From Sphingomonadaceae bacterium (GTDB taxonomy: Bacteria > Pseudomonadota > Alphaproteobacteria > Sphingomonadales > Sphingomonadaceae), in contig JBGSSR010000078.1 in NCBI GenBank assembly GCA_041736905.1, forward strand, positions 1,283-65,282: 64,000 nt of DNA, in the 5' to 3' direction. Both the position numbers and the translations under genes were made by a program. Shown one piece after another: positions 28,101 to 38,122 of this stretch (positions are counted from its first letter, which is position 1; each line of letters opens with the position of its first letter). The notes beneath the pieces were generated by a model. It ran no database searches. It was not told the DNA's origin and saw nothing but the letters and a program-made list of their open reading frames with translations.

Positions 28101-29216
28101 TTAGGTTAGGTCCTCAAAGAAATCCTTAATCTTGGCAAAAAAGCCCTCAGATTGTGGGCACTCCTTACCCGTTTCGGTTTCCTGAAACTCGCACAATAAT
28201 TCGCGTTGACGCGCAGAAAGACGCGTTGGCGTTTCCACGTCGATTTGCACGACCAGATCACCGCGCCCGCGCCCCTGCAATACCGGCATGCCCGCGCCAC
28301 GATGGCGAATTTGTTTGCCGGATTGTATGCCTTCAGGCACCTTCAGCGTCAGTTTTTCGCCATCCATGCCAGGCAATTCAATTGTCCCGCCCAATGCCGC
28401 CTTGGTGAAGCTAATAGGCACGCGCGTGAACAGGTTGGTGCCCTCTCGCGTGAAAATACCATGTTCTTTGACATGAATGAAGATGTAGAGATCGCCCGCC
28501 GGTGCGCCGTGCGCCCCCGCTTCGCCCTTACCCGCCATGCGGATACGCGTGCCATTGTCCACACCCGGTGGGACATTGACGGAAAGTGATTGCCGTTTGT
28601 CGTGCCGTCCCTCGCCATGGCATGTGCGGCATGGGTTGGACACCACTTGCCCGCGACCGTGGCATGTTGGGCATGGGCGTTCGACTACGAAGAACCCCTG
28701 CTGCGCACGGACCTTGCCATGCCCGCGACAGGTGGCGCAGCCTTTTACTTCGCTATCCGCGCCCGCGCCGCTGCCATCGCAACTTTCGCAGCGGACGGAC
28801 ACATCGACGGTGACCTCAGTTTCTTTGCCATGGAACGCCTCGTCAAGCGTGATTTCCATATCATAGCGCAAATCCGCGCCGCGTTGCGGCCCGCGCCCAC
28901 GGCCACCTTGAAAGGCATCGCCGAAGAAACTTTCGAAAATGTCCGCGAAATCGCCAAAGCCTTGCGCACCTGCGCCGCCGCCCTGGCCATTCACGCCGTC
29001 TTTACCGAACCGGTCGTACGCCGCGCGTTTTTGCGGATCTTTCAGGCAGTCATAGGCTTCGCTTATCGCCTTAAACCGCGCCTCCGCCTCCGCATCGCCG
29101 GGATTACGGTCGGGATGATATTGCATGGCAAGCCGCCGATAGGACGCCTTAAGCACCTTATCGTCGGCCGTGCGTTCGCACTCCAGCAATTCATAAAAAT
29201 CAATGTCCAGACTCAA
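28101..29216 (-). CDS. dnaJ: Molecular chaperone DnaJ
   Basis: J domain DFYELLECERTADDKVLKASYRRLAMQYHPDRNPGD, a G/F region and four CxxCxGxG zinc repeats. Probable TTG start at 29216 gives (M)SLDIDFYELL. The ATG-extended ORF to 29276 adds 20 atypical residues. Confidence 0.93.
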   Translation of the reverse strand: MSLDIDFYELLECERTADDKVLKASYRRLAMQYHPDRNPGDAEAEARFKAISEAYDCLKDPQKRAAYDRFGKDGVNGQGGGAGAQGFGDFADIFESFFGDAFQGGRGRGPQRGADLRYDMEITLDEAFHGKETEVTVDVSVRCESCDGSGAGADSEVKGCATCRGHGKVRAQQGFFVVERPCPTCHGRGQVVSNPCRTCHGEGRHDKRQSLSVNVPPGVDNGTRIRMAGKGEAGAHGAPAGDLYIFIHVKEHGIFTREGTNLFTRVPISFTKAALGGTIELPGMDGEKLTLKVPEGIQSGKQIRHRGAGMPVLQGRGRGDLVVQIDVETPTRLSARQRELLCEFQETETGKECPQSEGFFAKIKDFFEDLT

Positions 29217-29279
29217 CGCCCTGCCCCCGCAGTGCCGTTGGGCCACCGTCCATACTGACGGCGGCCCATGCGGCAATCA

Positions 29280-31187
29280 TCAGTTTTTCGCGTCTTCGTC
29301 GACTTCGGAGAATTCGGCGTCAACGACATCGTCGTCGGCCTTATTCGCCGGAGCGTCTGCGTCTGGCGAAGCAGCAGTCGCCTGCTCCTTCTCATAGATC
29401 GCTTGGCCCATCTTCATCGCAACTTGCGTAAGCGCGTCGGTTTTCGCCTTCATCGCATCCGCATCGCCGCCTTCGATAGCCGTTTTCGTTTCGGCAATAG
29501 CAGCCTCAATCTCACCCTTCAGTGCGGCATCGATTGAATCGCCATGTTCAATCAATTGCTTTTCAGTCGCGTGGACAAGGCTTTCGGCGTTGTTTTTCGC
29601 TTCGGCTGACTCGCGGCGCTTCTTGTCTTCTTCGGCAAAGCGCTCAGCATCCTTGACCATTTGGTCGATGTCATTGTCCGACAAGCCGCCCGATGCCTGG
29701 ATGCGGATTTGCTGTTCCTTGCCGGTGCCCTTGTCCTTCGCCGACACGTTAACGATGCCATTGGCATCGATATCAAACGTGACCTCAATTTGTGGCACGC
29801 CGCGCGGTGCGGGGGGCAGGCCGACGAGGTCGAATTGGCCGAGGATTTTGTTATCCGCCGCCATTTCACGCTCGCCTTGGAACACGCGGATGGTCACGGC
29901 ATTTTGATTGTCCTCGGCGGTCGAATAGACTTGGCTCTTCTTCGTCGGGATTGTCGTATTACGATCAATCATACGCGTAAACACACCGCCTAACGTCTCA
30001 ATGCCCAACGACAATGGCGTGACGTCGAGAAGGAGAACGTCCTTCACATCGCCCTGCAAAACGCCCCCCTGAATAGCCGCGCCCATGGCAACGACTTCGT
30101 CGGGGTTCACGCCGGTATGGGGCTCTTTACCAAAGAAGTTTTGCACGACTTCGCGCACCTTCGGCATACGGGTCATCCCGCCGACCAACACGACTTCGTC
30201 GATGCCGCCCTTGTCCAAACCAGCATCCTTCAATGCCTTTTTGCAAGGCTCCAAAGTGCGTTGGATCAGGCCATCGACCAATCTTTCCAAATCGGCGCGG
30301 CTGATGGGCTTTACCAAATGCTTCGGCCCATTTTGGTCGGCGGTGATGAACGGCAAGTTGACCTCGGTCGTTTGCGCGCTCGACAATTCAATCTTCGCCT
30401 TTTCTGCCGCTTCTTTCAGACGTTGCAGGGCGAGCTTGTCCTTGGTCAAGTCAATGCCCTCGGCCTTGTTGAAATCTTCGGCCAAGAATTCGACAAGCTT
30501 GCTGTCGAAATCTTCACCACCCAAGAACGTGTCGCCGTTGGTCGATTTGACTTCAAACACGCCGTCGCCGACTTCGAGGATGGAAATATCGAACGTACCG
30601 CCACCAAGGTCATAGACCGCGATGGTTTTATTCTCATCTTTATCGAGGCCATAGGCAAGCGCAGCGGCCGTCGGTTCGTTGATGATGCGAAGCACCTCAA
30701 GACCTGCGATTTGTCCGGCATCCTTCGTCGCCTGACGTTGCGCGTCGTTGAAGTATGCGGGGACGGTGATGACGGCTTGCGTCACCTTTTCGCCCAGATA
30801 CGCCTCGGCGGTTTCCTTCATCTTTTGCAAGGTGAAGGCGGAGATTTGGCTGGGCGAATATTTTTCGCCGCCGGCCTCGACCCATGCGTCGCCGTTTGAT
30901 CCCTTTACGATAGTATAGGGGACCAATTCCATGTCCTTTTTGGTCATGGGATCGTCGAAACGACGGCCGATGAGGCGCTTTACCGCGGACACAGTATTGT
31001 CGGGATTGGTCACCGCCTGACGCTTGGCCGGTTGACCGATTAGGCGTTCGCCGTCTTTTGCGAAAGCGACGATGGAGGGCGTGGTGCGGGCACCTTCGGA
31101 GTTTTCAATTACTTTCGGTTTGCCGCCATCCATAACCGCAACGCAGCTGTTGGTGGTGCCAAGATCGATACCGATTACTTTTGCCAT
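29280..31187 (-). CDS. dnaK: Molecular chaperone DnaK (Hsp70)
   Basis: [31 protein letters not shown] and the rest of the Hsp70 signature. ATG at 31187; the ORF opens at 31247. Confidence 0.98.
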   Translation of the reverse strand: MAKVIGIDLGTTNSCVAVMDGGKPKVIENSEGARTTPSIVAFAKDGERLIGQPAKRQAVTNPDNTVSAVKRLIGRRFDDPMTKKDMELVPYTIVKGSNGDAWVEAGGEKYSPSQISAFTLQKMKETAEAYLGEKVTQAVITVPAYFNDAQRQATKDAGQIAGLEVLRIINEPTAAALAYGLDKDENKTIAVYDLGGGTFDISILEVGDGVFEVKSTNGDTFLGGEDFDSKLVEFLAEDFNKAEGIDLTKDKLALQRLKEAAEKAKIELSSAQTTEVNLPFITADQNGPKHLVKPISRADLERLVDGLIQRTLEPCKKALKDAGLDKGGIDEVVLVGGMTRMPKVREVVQNFFGKEPHTGVNPDEVVAMGAAIQGGVLQGDVKDVLLLDVTPLSLGIETLGGVFTRMIDRNTTIPTKKSQVYSTAEDNQNAVTIRVFQGEREMAADNKILGQFDLVGLPPAPRGVPQIEVTFDIDANGIVNVSAKDKGTGKEQQIRIQASGGLSDNDIDQMVKDAERFAEEDKKRRESAEAKNNAESLVHATEKQLIEHGDSIDAALKGEIEAAIAETKTAIEGGDADAMKAKTDALTQVAMKMGQAIYEKEQATAASPDADAPANKADDDVVDAEFSEVDEDAKN

Positions 31188-31290
31188 AGTCTTACTAACC
31201 TCAAATTCATGACAGTTGGGACGGAACGGAACCCTCGGGATGACCATGGGTCAACCTCAATGAGGCATTACCGCTCCTGTGACAGCGCCG

Positions 31291-31318
31291 ATATAGGCCA
31301 GAATTCGGCTTGCACAAG
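31291..31318 (-). promoter_or_regulatory. Sigma-32 (RpoH)-type heat-shock promoter of dnaK
   Basis: The minus strand reads CTTG-tgcaagccgaattctgg-CCTATAT (CTTG-N17-CCTATAT), about 100 nt upstream of the dnaK ATG. This matches the alphaproteobacterial sigma-32 consensus. Confidence 0.7.
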
Positions 31319-31433
31319 GCAGGCAAATGCCTAGACCGTTACAAAATGGAACCTTTCCCCTATTTTTTGCGTATCAGAGACGAAAAAATTAGGGCATTTG
31401 GGCTTATGATTTCTGGATATAAGGTGGATTTCG

Positions 31434-31889
31434 ATGAACGGCACACTTCGCATTAGTTCGCGCATTTTCATGCTTTCTGTTGCCGCCTTGGGCGCTTTGT
31501 CCGCTTGCAATGTGGATAAGCGCGTTTTGGGCGTTGTCGATATTGAAGTAACAGCGGGGCAAAAATTGTTCGACCCGTCCATTGCCTCCTTCACAATCGA
31601 AGGCGGCGCACAGGATGTAAAGTTGATGCACGTCTCTTCCCCATCGGCGGTTGTCACGAGGATCGTCGATGCCAAGGGAAAAACGATTACCATTGATGAA
31701 GGCATTGTCATTAAAGCCGGTGAAAAGGTTCGCTTTGGTCCCGGTGCCATATACGGCGTCGAACTGGACCGAGTGAACCGCATACCTCGAGGGACCAATA
31801 AGATCGAGATGACATTCGTCTTTTCCAATGGCGACCGGCAATATGCCACCGCCCCCTACACCATCCCCGATGGCGCAGAAGAGATTTAG
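31434..31889 (+). CDS. Lipoprotein, function unknown (distant PCuAC/DUF461-like layout without the Cu ligands)
   Basis: Lipobox in MNGTLRISSRIFMLSVAALGALSAC. Mature part about 125 aa. Followed after 8 nt by the HExxH gene. Confidence 0.6.
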   Translation: MNGTLRISSRIFMLSVAALGALSACNVDKRVLGVVDIEVTAGQKLFDPSIASFTIEGGAQDVKLMHVSSPSAVVTRIVDAKGKTITIDEGIVIKAGEKVRFGPGAIYGVELDRVNRIPRGTNKIEMTFVFSNGDRQYATAPYTIPDGAEEI

Positions 31890-31897
31890 GCAAGGCC

Positions 31898-32371
31898 ATG
31901 TTTGCACGGCAATCGGGGCGCAGGCTAACCGAACAAGAAGTTGCTTTGTCGCGTTCTCTATTTGGCGACGCCATTAATTATGATCGGGTTCGCATCCATC
32001 ATCGCAAATGGTGGTGGTTTCAGCCTCGCCGGATAACCATGGCACCCGATGGGCATTTATGGTTCCATCCAAAAGGCGGTTTGTTCTGCGACGATTATTG
32101 CGCGGCAGGATTGGATTTGCAGGGGCATTTCCTGCACGAAATGACCCATGTGTGGCAACATCAGCGCGGCATTTTCTTGCCGCTGCGCCGCTTGCCCTTT
32201 GCGCGCTATCATTACAGCATAAAGCCCGGATGGCCTTTGGAACGCTATGGGTTGGAGCAGCAGGCGGAGATTATTCGCCATTTGTTTTTACTGCGTAACG
32301 GTCGGCACGTCATTGGCGCTCCGCCAGTTTCGGTGTATGAGTCCATTATGCCGACAAGTTTTCGAACTTAA
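31898..32371 (+). CDS. DUF4157-like (eCIS-core / 'vgr-related') putative zinc metallopeptidase domain protein
   Basis: LTEQEVALSRSLFGDAINYDRVRIHH ... GHFLHEMTHVWQHQRG. The pattern FG-D...VR(I)H followed by HExTHVxQxQ is the DUF4157 signature. No signal peptide. Confidence 0.65.
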   Translation: MFARQSGRRLTEQEVALSRSLFGDAINYDRVRIHHRKWWWFQPRRITMAPDGHLWFHPKGGLFCDDYCAAGLDLQGHFLHEMTHVWQHQRGIFLPLRRLPFARYHYSIKPGWPLERYGLEQQAEIIRHLFLLRNGRHVIGAPPVSVYESIMPTSFRT

Positions 32372-33492
32372 CCCATTAGGCGGACTTTGCTGCCCGCCCC
32401 GCGTTCTAATGTTCCGGCAAGCTCCATTTCCAAGAGGATAAGGTGTACAGCCGAGGGGTCGCAATCCGATTGCCGGACGAGTTCATCCACCTCAACGAAA
32501 TTAAATGACAGCAAAGCGCGCACGTCACCGCGTTGGCCGTCATCGGGTTCAACTGCTTCGGCGGCGTCATAGCTGGGCTCCGCAACCCATTCCGCCCGGT
32601 TATCGAGCAATGTAGCCGCGCTGCGTGCGTCTCCTGTAAAGCTGGTCAACATTTCGGCGATGTCCTCCACGCTTTGCACCAATGTCGCGCCTTGGCGGAT
32701 GAGGTCATTGCACCCTTGCGACCGCGGGTCCATTGGTGAACCCGGGATGGCCATCACCTCACGCCCAGCTTCCGCCGCCAATCGTGCGGTAATGAGCGAT
32801 CCGGATTTGGGTGCGGCCTCCACAATCAACGTCCCCGTCGCCAACCCCGCAATAATCCGGTTACGATGCGGGAAATGTCGCGCTCTTGGTTCGGTGCCAA
32901 AGGGCATTTCGGCAATGAGCAGACCGCGTTCGGCGATTTCTGTCTGTAATGCTGCGTTTTCCGGCGGATAGGCAAAATCTATTCCGCCCGCGACAACCGC
33001 AATTGCCCCACAAGCAAGTGACCCGCGATGCGCGGCGGTATCAATGCCGCGTGCCAATCCAGACACGACGGCAAACCCCGCCTCCGATAATCCCTGGGCC
33101 AAAAATGCCGCCATTTTGCACGCCGATGCGGATGCGTTACGTGCACCCACGATAGCGCAAGCATTGCGGGTGAACAACGTGGTATCGCCTTTTAAGGTCA
33201 ACGCGACCGGCGCGCCGGGCATCGACCGCAGCAACGCAGGAAATTGCAAATCGTCTTCGAATAACAGCCGCGCGCCAAATTTGTCTATCGCCGCCAACTC
33301 GCGATTCACTATGTCGGCTGGTGCAATTGCAACATTTCTGCTTCCACCCTTTTGCAAAAGGGCAGGCAAAGCATCTAGAGCGGCCTCAGCAGTGCCAAAT
33401 CGTCCGAGCAGCTGCCGATAGCTTACCGGCCCAACGCGCGCGGATCGGATAAGGCGCAGTTTGTGGAATTGCGATGAAACGCCATCGGCCAT
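32368..33492 (-). CDS. dprA: DNA-processing protein DprA (Smf)
   Basis: VVSGLARGIDTAAHRGSL, HFPHRNRIIAGL and PKSGSLITARLAAEAGREVMAIPG blocks. Confidence 0.92.
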   Translation of the reverse strand: MADGVSSQFHKLRLIRSARVGPVSYRQLLGRFGTAEAALDALPALLQKGGSRNVAIAPADIVNRELAAIDKFGARLLFEDDLQFPALLRSMPGAPVALTLKGDTTLFTRNACAIVGARNASASACKMAAFLAQGLSEAGFAVVSGLARGIDTAAHRGSLACGAIAVVAGGIDFAYPPENAALQTEIAERGLLIAEMPFGTEPRARHFPHRNRIIAGLATGTLIVEAAPKSGSLITARLAAEAGREVMAIPGSPMDPRSQGCNDLIRQGATLVQSVEDIAEMLTSFTGDARSAATLLDNRAEWVAEPSYDAAEAVEPDDGQRGDVRALLSFNFVEVDELVRQSDCDPSAVHLILLEMELAGTLERGAGSKVRLMG

Positions 33493-33494
33493 AT

Positions 33495-34100
33495 TTAGGC
33501 GTCTTTCCGACCAATGCGCGGTTCCGTCCCAATTCGGAGCCGTTCAATATTTTCGCCGTGTTTCAAGACAACAAGGCCACTTATCAACAATAGCACCAAT
33601 GCCCATTCACCCTGCCCCATGACAAGTGCGGCTATCGGCATGGCAATTGCCGCGGCAATGCCACCCAAAGAGCTAATACGAAAAGCGAGTAACACGCCTA
33701 ACCATATGAACGCGTAGATGCCGCCCAAGACTGGCGATAATCCAAAGGCAACGCCAGCGTAAGTCGCCACGCCTTTCCCACCCGAAAATTTGAGAAATAC
33801 CGAGAAACAATGACCCAAAACCGCGCCCAATGCTGCGGCCAACGTGGCATATTGGCTCCATTCGCTTGTCGGCCAAATCCAGCCAACGGCCAACACCGCC
33901 AATGTCCCCTTCGATAAGTCCAATAGCAATGTAAGAGCCGCAATCCCTTTTTTGCCCGTCCGCAGAACATTGGTCGCGCCGATATTGCCAGATCCCACCG
34001 ATCGCAAGTCGCCGCCGCCTGAAAGCCGCGTCAGTAGAAGGCCAAATGGAATCGACCCCAACATCACGCTGCCCAGAAATGCCAAAGCAATTATTTGCAT
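33495..34100 (-). CDS. plsY: Glycerol-3-phosphate acyltransferase PlsY
   Basis: GSIPFGLLLTR, GSGNIGATNVLRTGKK and FSGGKGVAT motifs. About 200-aa membrane protein. Confidence 0.93.
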   Translation of the reverse strand: MQIIALAFLGSVMLGSIPFGLLLTRLSGGGDLRSVGSGNIGATNVLRTGKKGIAALTLLLDLSKGTLAVLAVGWIWPTSEWSQYATLAAALGAVLGHCFSVFLKFSGGKGVATYAGVAFGLSPVLGGIYAFIWLGVLLAFRISSLGGIAAAIAMPIAALVMGQGEWALVLLLISGLVVLKHGENIERLRIGTEPRIGRKDA

Positions 34101-34245
34101 TGTTTTACCTTTGAAAGATGAAGTGCGATGACCGCCTTGACCCTGTTAAACATTTGAAAATTAAGCTATTTTGCCAAGATTAGAGCCTTGTTAATCAATA
34201 ATGGATACAAAAACATCCACATAAACGGGGTAAGGATTATTCAGT

Positions 34246-35964
34246 ATGTTTGGATGGCGTTCCAACAAAAAGCAAGCTGTCGTCAATGGCAAAGAAATAG
34301 CACTGGTTGGCGGCACCTCAATCAATCGCAACACAAAGGCGAATAGCGAGCTTTTGGTGGGTGCCATCGTTATCGCGGCGACCATCCTTTTTATCGGCAC
34401 CGGTAGCACAGCCGTCAACGTGATTTTTAACCAGGTTGGCGATTTGGGCGCCGTTGACAAGCGCATGGTGATGACCACGCTGCTGCTCAACATTGCCCTG
34501 CTTTTGTTCGGTTGGCGCCGGTATCGCGACATGCAATTGGAAATGCAGGATCGCATCACGGCCGAGCAACGCGCGCAAAAACTTGCTATTACCGACCCGT
34601 TGACGGGATTTTATAACCGCCGCGCGATTTCGCAAATTGCCGCAGATTTGTGTGTGAGTGCGGATTCTAAAGATCATTCAGTCGCCTTCATGATGCTTGA
34701 TTTGGACAATTTCAAACGCATCAATGACATGAACGGTCACGCCGCCGGCGATTTCCTGCTAACGCAATTTGCGGAGCGGATGCAGAAAATCGCTCCATCG
34801 CGGGCTTATTTGGCGCGCATTGGTGGCGACGAGTTCGCCTTTGTGTTCACATTTAACCCAAATGTGCCGGAGGAAGTCACGCGCTTTGCTGAGGCGATAA
34901 TCGAAGAAACCGAACGCCCCATCATCCAAGACAATCTGATATTGGAAACGACGGTATCCATCGGCATCGCACGCCATGACCGAAATGATGGTGGCGTCGA
35001 TAAATTGATGCAGCGCGCCGACATTGCGATGTATAATGCCAAACGCAACGGCAAGAATGACAAAAGCTGGTTCACCGAGGAAATGGAGCAGGAGTTGCGC
35101 GCGCGCATTGATGTTGAAGCGGCCATCCGGCTTGGCATTCCGCGCGGCGAATTTGTGCCTTATTTTGAGCAGCAGGTTGACATTCGCACGGGCCGTTTGA
35201 CTGGCTTTGAAATGCTCGCACGTTGGGATGCCCCTGCGCATCGTCATGTGCCGGTTGAAACGTTCATCGATGTTGCGCAAGAATCGGGCCTGATTGGCGA
35301 CTTATCTATCTCCATCATGGAAAAGGCGTTTTTGGAGGCGAAGAATTGGGATCCGTCGTTGACCATTGCGGTGAATATTTCGCCAGTGCAATTGCTCGAC
35401 GAACGATTGGCACAACGGATATTGAAACTGCTGGTCGAAACCGGTTTTCCGCCGCAACGGTTGGAAGTGGAAATTACCGAAGGCGCGATTTTCAAGAACG
35501 TGGAATTGGCGCAAACCATCATCCACAGCCTGAAAAACCAAGGTATCCGGGTCGCCTATGATGATTTCGGCACCGGTTATAGCTCGCTAACACACCTGCG
35601 CGAATTGCCGTTTGACCGCATCAAAATCGACCGCAGCTTCATCAGCTCGGTTGCGCGGGATAAGGACAGCGCCGATATGGTTCGCGGCATTACTAGCCTA
35701 TGTCGCTCGCTCGGTCTGCCGATTACAGCGGAGGGTATCGAGGACGAACTGGTCGAACGCTTCGTGGCCGATTTGGGGGATTTCACCGCACAAGGTTGGT
35801 TCTATGGCCGCCCATTGTCGATCGTTGGCGCACGCAAATTGTTGGCCGAACGCAACCTGCTGCCAGCACGCCGCGCCGAACAACCCGATGTGTTTGCTTC
35901 GAATGAAATTGAGGCAGAAGGGGTTTTGTCACAAACCGAAGCACCTCGCAGCGCTGCGCGTTGA
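34246..35964 (+). CDS. Membrane-anchored GGDEF-EAL protein (diguanylate cyclase/phosphodiesterase)
   Basis: Two N-terminal TM segments. DPLTGFYNRR and RIGGDEFAFVF (GGDEF). EAL domain with FEMLARW, NISPVQL, DDFGTGYSSL, KIDRSF and TAEGIEDE. Confidence 0.9.
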   Translation: MFGWRSNKKQAVVNGKEIALVGGTSINRNTKANSELLVGAIVIAATILFIGTGSTAVNVIFNQVGDLGAVDKRMVMTTLLLNIALLLFGWRRYRDMQLEMQDRITAEQRAQKLAITDPLTGFYNRRAISQIAADLCVSADSKDHSVAFMMLDLDNFKRINDMNGHAAGDFLLTQFAERMQKIAPSRAYLARIGGDEFAFVFTFNPNVPEEVTRFAEAIIEETERPIIQDNLILETTVSIGIARHDRNDGGVDKLMQRADIAMYNAKRNGKNDKSWFTEEMEQELRARIDVEAAIRLGIPRGEFVPYFEQQVDIRTGRLTGFEMLARWDAPAHRHVPVETFIDVAQESGLIGDLSISIMEKAFLEAKNWDPSLTIAVNISPVQLLDERLAQRILKLLVETGFPPQRLEVEITEGAIFKNVELAQTIIHSLKNQGIRVAYDDFGTGYSSLTHLRELPFDRIKIDRSFISSVARDKDSADMVRGITSLCRSLGLPITAEGIEDELVERFVADLGDFTAQGWFYGRPLSIVGARKLLAERNLLPARRAEQPDVFASNEIEAEGVLSQTEAPRSAAR

Positions 35965-36019
35965 TCGAAAAGGGCAAATGCTGGACAGGACGTCATAAGC
36001 CCCCTAAATGGGCGGCATT

Positions 36020-36826
36020 ATGGCAACCATCAAATTCGATAAAATGCACGGACTGGGCAATGACTTCATCGTCATAGACAGCCGCGTGCAGCCAGTCGCG
36101 CTGAACACGGAGCAAATTTTTGCTTTGTGCAACCGGCGCACCGGCATTGGATGCGATCAGCTTATCCTTCTAGAAAACAGCACCATTGCCGATCTGAAAA
36201 TGCGCATATTCAATCCCGACGCGTCGGAAGTTGAGGCCTGTGGCAACGCCACCCGCTGCATCGTTGCACGCGAAGGCCGCGATATCTCGATTGAGACGTT
36301 GGGCGGCCTCCTCCACGCCATGATCAGTGGCGCGCAATTGTCGGTCAATATGGGCCAACCACGCTTCGCATGGGAAGAAATTCCTCTTGCCTACGCCATG
36401 GATGCGCAGAATTTGCCACTGGCTTGGGACGACCTAAGCGGCGGGTGTTGTGTCAATGTTGGGAACCCACATGTGGTGTTCTTTTTGGAAGGCGGCCAAA
36501 CTCCCGACTTCGCGGTGATTGGTCCCGTCATCGAAACAGACTCCGTTTTCCCCGAACGCATCAACGTCAATTTTGCTCATGTGACTGGCACTGGCATTGA
36601 CCTTGTCGTATGGGAACGCGGTGCGGGCCTTACGCAGGCGTGCGGCACAGGCGCATGCGCTACCGCAGTCGCCGCCATCCTGCAAAAACGGGTCAGTAGT
36701 CCTGTCGAGGTTCGCTTGCCCGGGGGAACGTTGACTATCGAATGGCAGCAGGGCGGCGATATAACGATGCGTGGCCCCGCGACTCATGTGTTCAGCGGGA
36801 CCGTTACGCTGCCCGATACGGCATAG
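36020..36826 (+). CDS. dapF: Diaminopimelate epimerase
   Basis: MATIKFDKMHGLGNDFIVID, NPDASEVEACGNATRC and ACGTGACA catalytic Cys blocks. Confidence 0.93.
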   Translation: MATIKFDKMHGLGNDFIVIDSRVQPVALNTEQIFALCNRRTGIGCDQLILLENSTIADLKMRIFNPDASEVEACGNATRCIVAREGRDISIETLGGLLHAMISGAQLSVNMGQPRFAWEEIPLAYAMDAQNLPLAWDDLSGGCCVNVGNPHVVFFLEGGQTPDFAVIGPVIETDSVFPERINVNFAHVTGTGIDLVVWERGAGLTQACGTGACATAVAAILQKRVSSPVEVRLPGGTLTIEWQQGGDITMRGPATHVFSGTVTLPDTA

Positions 36827-36835
36827 GCACGGCGG

Positions 36836-38122
36836 ATGGCAAAGGTTGAAACCATAACTCTGGGCTGCCGCCTGAACGCGGCGGAAAGTGACGCGCTGGC
36901 GGCATCACTGCGCCTTGCTGGCCCCACGGACGATGCACGGGCCACCATCATCATTAACAGTTGTGCCGTAACCAATGAGGCCGTGCGCCAAACCCGCCAA
37001 GCCATCCGCCGTGCGCGAAAGGACAACCCTGACGCCCATGTCGTCGTCACGGGCTGCGCAGCGCAAACCGACCCAGAGATGTTCCGCGCCATGGATGAAG
37101 TCACCGCCGTGGTCGGCAATGCGGAAAAGGGCAATATCGCCAATTTCATGGGGCTGGACCGGCTGAACGATCCGGTACGCGTGTCCGACATTATGTCGGT
37201 GGCTGAGGCTTCTCCGCATTTGGTGAGTAGCTTTTCGGAACAAACCCGGGCGTTTGTCGAAGTGCAGAATGGGTGCGACCACCGCTGCACCTTTTGCATC
37301 ATCCCTTTTGGCCGAGGGCCAAACCGGTCGGTTCCGGCGGGCGCGGTGATTGATAAAATCAAACGCTTGTTGGATGAAGGATTCCAAGAAATCGTGCTAA
37401 CCGGCGTCGATGTGACCAGCTATGGCCACGATTTGCCCGGTGCGCCGACTCTCGGTCATTTGGTCGAGCGGATATTGCGCGCCGTCCCCACCCTTCCGCG
37501 ATTGCGCCTGTCATCGGTGGATGGCGTTGAGATTGACGAGCGTTTGTTCGACCTGCTCACCGGCGAGGCGCGCATGATGCCGCATGTGCACTTGTCGTTG
37601 CAATCGGGCGATAACCTTATCCTTAAACGGATGAAACGTCGCCACAATCGGGAACAAGCCATCGAATTGGTGGCAGGGCTGCAAGAACGCCGTCCCGACA
37701 TCGCCATCGGAGCGGATATTATCGCAGGTTTTCCGACCGAGGATGACGCCGCGTTTGAAAACTCGCTGCGCTTGGTCGCGGAGGCGAAGATTGTCCATGG
37801 CCATATCTTCCCTTATTCGGAGCGCAACGGCACCCCCGCCGCAAGAATGCCGCAGGTTGCACCGCCCGTCCGTAAGGCCAGAGCCGCGCAACTGCGAACC
37901 GCAGTGGCTGCGCAAAAGGCGCATTGGCAAGCGGGCTTGATTTGCTCTACCCACAAGGTTTTGATTGAGCGCGATCAATTATCCGGTCATGCCGAAAATT
38001 TCGCGCATATTCGGCTTGAATCAAAGGCGACGGCGGGGCAGATAGCGCCTGTCCGCATCACCCGCGTCACCGATGGCCAGCTTTTCGGTCAGATTATTGA
38101 GGCAAATTCTTATGGCCTATGA
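36836..38122 (+). CDS. mtaB: tRNA (ms2t6A37) methylthiotransferase MtaB (MiaB-like radical SAM)
   Basis: UPF0004 N-domain (TLGCRLNAAES, INSCAVT) and the radical-SAM cluster motif CDHRCTFCIIP. No N-terminal MiaB-specific features. Sits in the dapF-mtaB-ftsY neighbourhood. Confidence 0.85.
   Translation: MAKVETITLGCRLNAAESDALAASLRLAGPTDDARATIIINSCAVTNEAVRQTRQAIRRARKDNPDAHVVVTGCAAQTDPEMFRAMDEVTAVVGNAEKGNIANFMGLDRLNDPVRVSDIMSVAEASPHLVSSFSEQTRAFVEVQNGCDHRCTFCIIPFGRGPNRSVPAGAVIDKIKRLLDEGFQEIVLTGVDVTSYGHDLPGAPTLGHLVERILRAVPTLPRLRLSSVDGVEIDERLFDLLTGEARMMPHVHLSLQSGDNLILKRMKRRHNREQAIELVAGLQERRPDIAIGADIIAGFPTEDDAAFENSLRLVAEAKIVHGHIFPYSERNGTPAARMPQVAPPVRKARAAQLRTAVAAQKAHWQAGLICSTHKVLIERDQLSGHAENFAHIRLESKATAGQIAPVRITRVTDGQLFGQIIEANSYGL

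Noticed and set aside
31434-31889. Lipoprotein considered as the copper chaperone PCuAC (DUF461)
   Set aside because: The overall size and the ...KAGEKVRFGPGAIYGVEL... layout resemble PCuAC, but the H(M)-X10-M ... H-X-M copper ligands are not present. It is kept as an unknown-function lipoprotein.
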